From NCBI GenBank assembly GCA_963695545.1, contig OY968796.1:3264001-3328000 (forward strand): a stretch of 64,000 nucleotides of DNA. Direction: 5' to 3'. Below, piece by piece: positions 59,581 through 64,000 of this stretch. The DNA comes from Terriglobia bacterium (GTDB taxonomy: Bacteria; Acidobacteriota; Terriglobia; Acidiferrales; UBA7541). The position numbers and the translations under genes are program-made. The notes below the pieces were generated by a model, which was not told where the DNA came from, did no database searches, and saw nothing but the letters and a program-made list of their open reading frames with translations. Position 1 is the first letter of the stretch. Each line of letters begins with the position of its first letter.

Positions 59581-59607
59581 GCTGCCGACCCGGAGCTCGG
59601 CGCTACA
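59581..59607 (-). repeat. GTAG-type REP-like hairpin (same family as 57782)
   Basis: Minus strand TGTAGC-GCCGA-GCTCCGGG-TCGGC-AGC. Confidence 0.6.
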
Positions 59608-59711
59608 CAAGCCAAACTGTACTCGCCACGGGCCACTCGGTGTTGTGCGGGCATCTAACTTTTTAGCAGAACGCCCGATCGCAGTGATCCAGCGAAAGTG
59701 AGTTGCCGCCA

Positions 59712-60728
59712 ATGACTTCCGAGAGGAACGGACGTGTAGTTGTCACAGCGCTCGGCGGCCCGGAGGTGCTGAAGTACGTGGAGGAGGACATGCCGGCCCC
59801 GGGCGCTGGCGAGGTGCGCGTAAAGGTGCTGGCGGCGGGGGTGGCGTATGCCGACATTTTGATTCGGCGCGGATTATATCCGGACCAACCATCGCTTCCG
59901 TGCTCGCCGGGATACGACGTTGTGGGGGACATTGACGCGGTGGGCGAGGGCGTGACGGAATTTCGCGCGGGGCAGCGCGTCGCGGCGCTGACCATGATCG
60001 GCGGATATAGCCGATTCACGATTGTTCCGGCGGCGCATCTTGTTTTGGTTCCGGACGGGCTCGACCCGGCGGAGGCGGTGAGCCTGGTGCTGAATTACGT
60101 GACGGCCTATCAGATGCTGCATCGCGTGGCGCATTTAGGAGATGGCCAGAAGATGCTGGTGCACGGAGCGGCGGGCGGGGTGGGCACGGCGGCGCTGCAA
60201 CTCGGGAAGATTTGCGGCCTGACGATGTTCGGCACGGCCAGCAAGGCAAAGCACGCGTTGGTGACGGCGCTGGGGGCCACGCCGATCGACTATCGCACGG
60301 AAAATTTCGCGACGCGGATCCGGCAGCTTGCGCCGGAGGGACTCGACTGCGTGCTCGATCCGATTGGCGGAACACAGTGGTGGGCATCGTACGGATGTTT
60401 GCGGCGCGGCGGGATTTTGGTGTGTTACGGGGCGCAAACAATGATGACGAAAGGCAAAATGGCCGCGGGTCTGGGGTTTGCGCTGGTAGGTCTAATGAAG
60501 ATTCTTCCGGACGGGAAACATGTGTCGTGGTTCAACGCCAAGACTTTTCGCAACGAGCATCCGGAATGGTTTCGCGAGGATTTGTCGCGGCTGTTTGAGC
60601 TTTTGAAGGCGCGTGCGATTGAGCCGGTGATCGCGGCGCGGTTTCCATTGCGCGAGGCGGCGCGGGCGAATGACATGCTGGAGAAAGCGCAGGCGTCGGG
60701 GAAGATCGTGTTGCTGCCGCAGGAGTGA
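59712..60728 (+). CDS. Medium-chain dehydrogenase/reductase (quinone oxidoreductase-like)
   Basis: GGPEVL, PGYDVVG, HGAAGGVGTA, GKIVL. Confidence 0.9.
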   Translation: MTSERNGRVVVTALGGPEVLKYVEEDMPAPGAGEVRVKVLAAGVAYADILIRRGLYPDQPSLPCSPGYDVVGDIDAVGEGVTEFRAGQRVAALTMIGGYSRFTIVPAAHLVLVPDGLDPAEAVSLVLNYVTAYQMLHRVAHLGDGQKMLVHGAAGGVGTAALQLGKICGLTMFGTASKAKHALVTALGATPIDYRTENFATRIRQLAPEGLDCVLDPIGGTQWWASYGCLRRGGILVCYGAQTMMTKGKMAAGLGFALVGLMKILPDGKHVSWFNAKTFRNEHPEWFREDLSRLFELLKARAIEPVIAARFPLREAARANDMLEKAQASGKIVLLPQE

Positions 60729-60823
60729 CGAGCGCCGAACTCGAGTTTGCGCAGGGCGAGAGACGCGCAGCCCAAACCGCCGTGTGGGGCACCATTGTGC
60801 GTCGGAGAAAAAACGCCCGATGG

Positions 60824-61723
60824 CTAGGTGCGACCGAGCGCGGCGGCGCGCTCGATTGCGGCGTTGATTTCGCCGCCGATCAGGAAGGCCAGTGCGGCGA
60901 CGTAGAGCCAGACCAGAAGAATCATCACGGCGCCGAGCGATCCGTAGAAGGCGGTGTAGGTATTCAGGAAATGGAGATAAACGCGGAAGACGAGCGAGGT
61001 CAGCAGCCATAGAGTGACTCCGAAAGCCGAGCCGGGGGTGATCCAGTGCCACTGGCGCTCGTCCAAATCGGGGCCGTAATAATAAATCACGGAAAAAGAC
61101 ACGAGGACGAAGAGGATGGCAGCGGGCCACTGCAGGGCTTTTAGAAGAAAGACGACCAGCGGTTGCAGGTGAAATCGCGCGCCCAGCCAATCGGCGCCAT
61201 GGGTGCTGACCAGCACGATCAACAAGGCTGCGAGGAGATGAATGGCAATCAGCAGCGTCAACCCGAGTGCGGTGGCGCGGATTTTGAACCAGGAACGATC
61301 GTCGCTAACGCGATAGGCCGCGTTCAGCGCGGAGATCATGGAGCTAACGCCGCTCGAAGCAAACCAGAGCGCGAAAACGATGCCAAAAGTCAGTTTCCCG
61401 CCGCTGGCGCTGTGGGCCAACTCGGCAACCGTGGCTCGCAGGAGTTGGAACGCCGACTGGGGCAGGAAATCCGCGAAATATGAGAGCAGGTCGATTTGAA
61501 GCTCGGCGCCGCGCGTGGCGAAGAGACCGAACAGCGTGAGCATCAAGAGAATCAGCGGGAAAAGCGCGAATAAGAAATCGAATGCCAGCTCGGATGCGCG
61601 TCCGAGAGAGTTATTGGCTTTGATCTGGTCGAAAACATCGCCGACGATTTGCCAAGGGGAGAGACCGCCGAGCTTCCAGAGGGATTTGGATGGGCTCGAG
61701 ATCGATGGGGGTGGATTTGTCAT
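60824..61723 (-). CDS. YihY/BrkB-family membrane protein
   Basis: ALFPLIL, ALNAAY, TPGSA, YGSLGAVMILLVWLY, GGEIN. Confidence 0.9.
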   Translation of the reverse strand: MTNPPPSISSPSKSLWKLGGLSPWQIVGDVFDQIKANNSLGRASELAFDFLFALFPLILLMLTLFGLFATRGAELQIDLLSYFADFLPQSAFQLLRATVAELAHSASGGKLTFGIVFALWFASSGVSSMISALNAAYRVSDDRSWFKIRATALGLTLLIAIHLLAALLIVLVSTHGADWLGARFHLQPLVVFLLKALQWPAAILFVLVSFSVIYYYGPDLDERQWHWITPGSAFGVTLWLLTSLVFRVYLHFLNTYTAFYGSLGAVMILLVWLYVAALAFLIGGEINAAIERAAALGRT

Positions 61724-61804
61724 GCGCGCAGCCGGAAATTGCTTCGCGCACATTCTAACGCATAGTGTGGGCGCGAGCGGCGGAGCGGGTGACTGGGCCG
61801 CGCG

Positions 61805-62638
61805 CTATTTTTTCGTCGCGCCGTAGATCGCGGCGACCTGGGACGCACTGAGAGCGACATTCCACACGGCGACTTCGTCAATGCTGCCGTTGAAGAAGCG
61901 GCCGGTCCAGGTGGGGCTTGAGCCGATCGTGAACTGGGAAGTCTTGTTGGGGGTGCTGGGAACCTGCTCGGTGATTACGGGCAGGCCGTCCCAGTAGATC
62001 GCGCGAGTGCCGGCGGCCGAGTCCATTGTGGCTACGATCATGTGCCACTGGTCCAGCAGAGTGGTTTTATCCGGTACGTATGTCGAGTGAGCGCCGCCGC
62101 TGGTGTAAAAGTTTATGCTGTTGTCTGCTTCAAACTGGAGGTCGAAATCGTTGCCGCTTTGGGATTCTCCGGCGACGTAGTCGATGTGACCGATAACGGC
62201 GGGAAGCACGGCGAGGTTGACCCAGGCCATGATGCTGCCCGCGGTGGAGATTCCGCCGATCTGACTTGTGGAGATCCAAGCGTCCGTGCCGTTAAGTACG
62301 GCGCATTGATTGCCGGGGAGGCCGATGGGGGCGCCCGCGGCGTTGGTGACGCCGCCCAGGGACTGATAGGTTGTCGCGCCGACTTCGCTCGGTCCGGTCT
62401 TGGATTCGAGGCGGTAGTAAGCCAGGGGATTGGTAGACGCTGTGGTGGCAACGAAGCCTGATGGCGCAGCAGGGGAAGAGGGCGGGGTGCTGGCGGCGGA
62501 GCTGGGCGCCGAACTCGGCGCGGAATTTGGTTCCGGGTTGGTTGCAGATTTCTGGTGGCAACCGACGGCAAGGACGGAAGCGCTGGCAAGGAGAATGAGG
62601 ATCGATGAGAGATTCAGGCCACGTTGAGATTGAATCAC
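61805..62638 (-). CDS. LamG/concanavalin-A-like domain lipoprotein
   Basis: GAGGAGG RBS, lipobox AVG-C, Ser/Pro linker, QWHMIVAT, FNGSIDEVAVWN.ALS. Confidence 0.85.
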   Translation of the reverse strand: MIQSQRGLNLSSILILLASASVLAVGCHQKSATNPEPNSAPSSAPSSAASTPPSSPAAPSGFVATTASTNPLAYYRLESKTGPSEVGATTYQSLGGVTNAAGAPIGLPGNQCAVLNGTDAWISTSQIGGISTAGSIMAWVNLAVLPAVIGHIDYVAGESQSGNDFDLQFEADNSINFYTSGGAHSTYVPDKTTLLDQWHMIVATMDSAAGTRAIYWDGLPVITEQVPSTPNKTSQFTIGSSPTWTGRFFNGSIDEVAVWNVALSASQVAAIYGATKK

Positions 62639-62759
62639 GATTCCTCCTCGGAGTGCGACGGGCGAAGGCGGGCGGAGTATAGACCAAGGGCGGTGCGATA
62701 CCAAGATGAAGACGGGAAGTGGAGGGCGCGGGGTCTCCGGCGGACCGCAAACGAAGAGG

Positions 62760-62854
62760 GATTCTTCCCGCCTCCGGCGGGCAGGCGACTGCGAGGCGGC
62801 TCGTCCGCGCGGCGCGGACGGGAGAAAACGTGCCGCCTCTCCGCTCAGAATGAC
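62760..62854. repeat. Nested palindromic intergenic element (GATTCTT...CTCAGAATGAC)
   Basis: Stems GAGGCGGC/GCCGCCTC and CGTCCGCG/CGCGGACG inside ATTCT/AGAAT ends. Confidence 0.55.
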
Positions 62855-62909
62855 GGCGTGCTGATGGACGGGCGATACAAAGCATGGCGGGACCGAGTTC
62901 GCGCCGTCG

Positions 62910-63410
62910 CTAATCGTTGAAAAGCTGGGGCTGGGCGGGGAGGGGAGCGGCGGCGGCTTTGCGGCGGGCGATGCCGACTACGCCGAGGACCGTCATTTCG
63001 GCGAGAGCGGCGCGGGGGATGAAGATTTTTATGATGTTGCCGTGGAGATCGGGCGGGGTGATCTGGACGCCGGCGTCGAGGAGGCCGAGGAGATCGTTGG
63101 GGACCACGCCTTCGATGGATTCGCCGTCGTGGAAGCGCAGGCGGACCCAGAGACCGTCGAGCTTGGGGCGCGAGAGAAAGGCTTTGCGCGGGGGCTCGGG
63201 GTCGTCGGTGAATTCGCGGACGAAATAGACGGCGCGGATATCGGTGAGCGCGATCGAGCGGTGCTCGCCATCGGGCGTGAGCAGATCGAGCGATTCGGCG
63301 GAGCCGAGATTCGAGGGGTTCAGATAGCCCTGCACGTGCTTCCGGGCGGCGAGGATGACCTGAGCTTTTTTGCGCGTGGTGGAAACGGTGGCTGGGGGCT
63401 CGCGTTTCAC
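62910..63410 (-). CDS. Hypothetical protein (possibly DUF6982-like; family unverified)
   Basis: GGAGG RBS before GTG; two similar beta-rich halves, GLWVRLRFHDGESIEGVVPNDLL. Confidence 0.7.
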   Translation of the reverse strand: MKREPPATVSTTRKKAQVILAARKHVQGYLNPSNLGSAESLDLLTPDGEHRSIALTDIRAVYFVREFTDDPEPPRKAFLSRPKLDGLWVRLRFHDGESIEGVVPNDLLGLLDAGVQITPPDLHGNIIKIFIPRAALAEMTVLGVVGIARRKAAAAPLPAQPQLFND

Positions 63411-63526
63411 GGAATGGCGCCTCCGCTCCGGTGGCTTGCGCCTTGGGTCCGGAGTATGCTATGGTACCGCCGCCTAAGTTGTCAACCCGTTCTTTTTCAG
63501 AGGCTTAGCCTGAGAGTCGGCCGGCT

Positions 63527-64000
63527 TTGACCCAGCACCGCCAGATCCTTAAATCGGCGTCGGTCATAGCGTTTTTCACGATGATCAGCCGCATTTTGGG
63601 GTACGTGCGCGACGCGCGCCTCACAATGCTGCTGGGGACCTCGATTTCGGCGGATGCGTTTCTGCTGGCGTTTCGCATACCGAACCTGATGCGCCGGATG
63701 CTGGGCGAAGGATCGCTGAACGCGGCGTTCATCCCAGTTTTCACCGATTACATGGAGCACCGCACGCGGGAGGAGATGTGGCGGCTGGCGAATCGAGTTT
63801 TTTGGACGGCGGCGCTGCTGCTTTCCGTGCTGGCGATTTTGGGGATGACGTTTTCGTCGCTGGTGGTGCAGGTGTATTCGGTGCGCGCGCTGCCGCAGCT
63901 TCATTTTTTGGCCACGCATCTGAATCGGATTTTGTTTCTCTACGTTTTTTTTGTGGGATTGGCTTCCGTGGCGATGGCGGTGCTGAACAGTTTTCAGATC
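63527..64000 (+). CDS. murJ: Lipid II flippase MurJ (5' part, truncated by window end)
   Basis: Translated manually: ISRILGYVRD, ADAFLLAFRIPNLMRRMLGEGSLNAAFIPVF; not in the ORF track because it has no stop. Confidence 0.92.
   Translation, partial: MTQHRQILKSASVIAFFTMISRILGYVRDARLTMLLGTSISADAFLLAFRIPNLMRRMLGEGSLNAAFIPVFTDYMEHRTREEMWRLANRVFWTAALLLSVLAILGMTFSSLVVQVYSVRALPQLHFLATHLNRILFLYVFFVGLASVAMAVLNSFQI

Overview
GC-rich bacterial chromosomal segment, densely coding, with about 64 CDS and one tRNA-Ala(CGC). Gene content and pilin type suggest Acidobacteriota (inference). From left to right: tsaB-rimI; psd-pssA-asd-like-lptE-holA; rpsT; TPM-nucleotidyltransferase-lemA; phoH-ybeY-CBS protein-(VIT1)-era; an NtrY/NtrX-like two-component pair; a type IVa pilus locus (pilB-pilT-pilC-pilS-pilR, three tandem pilins, two with sigma54 promoters) bracketed by two GT-C-type membrane glycosyltransferases, one TMTC-like; a second T2SS/T4P-like operon (F-E-M-N-O-P-like-K-like) with no secretin in the window; then metabolic and envelope genes (lacD-like aldolase, hemW, ltaE, acyl-CoA dehydrogenase, meaB, mtnP, ldcA, mpl, M61 peptidase, lpxD, partial murJ). 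No integrase, transposase, prophage or CRISPR array was seen. The most interesting signals are a candidate pilin glycosylation system, duplicated pilins with shared enhancer boxes, the TPM-NTase-LemA module, an Asd-like protein missing its catalytic residues, a recurrent 25-bp IHF-like motif, and REP-like hairpins, one inside ybeY. All assignments come from motif recognition by eye; no database searches were run.
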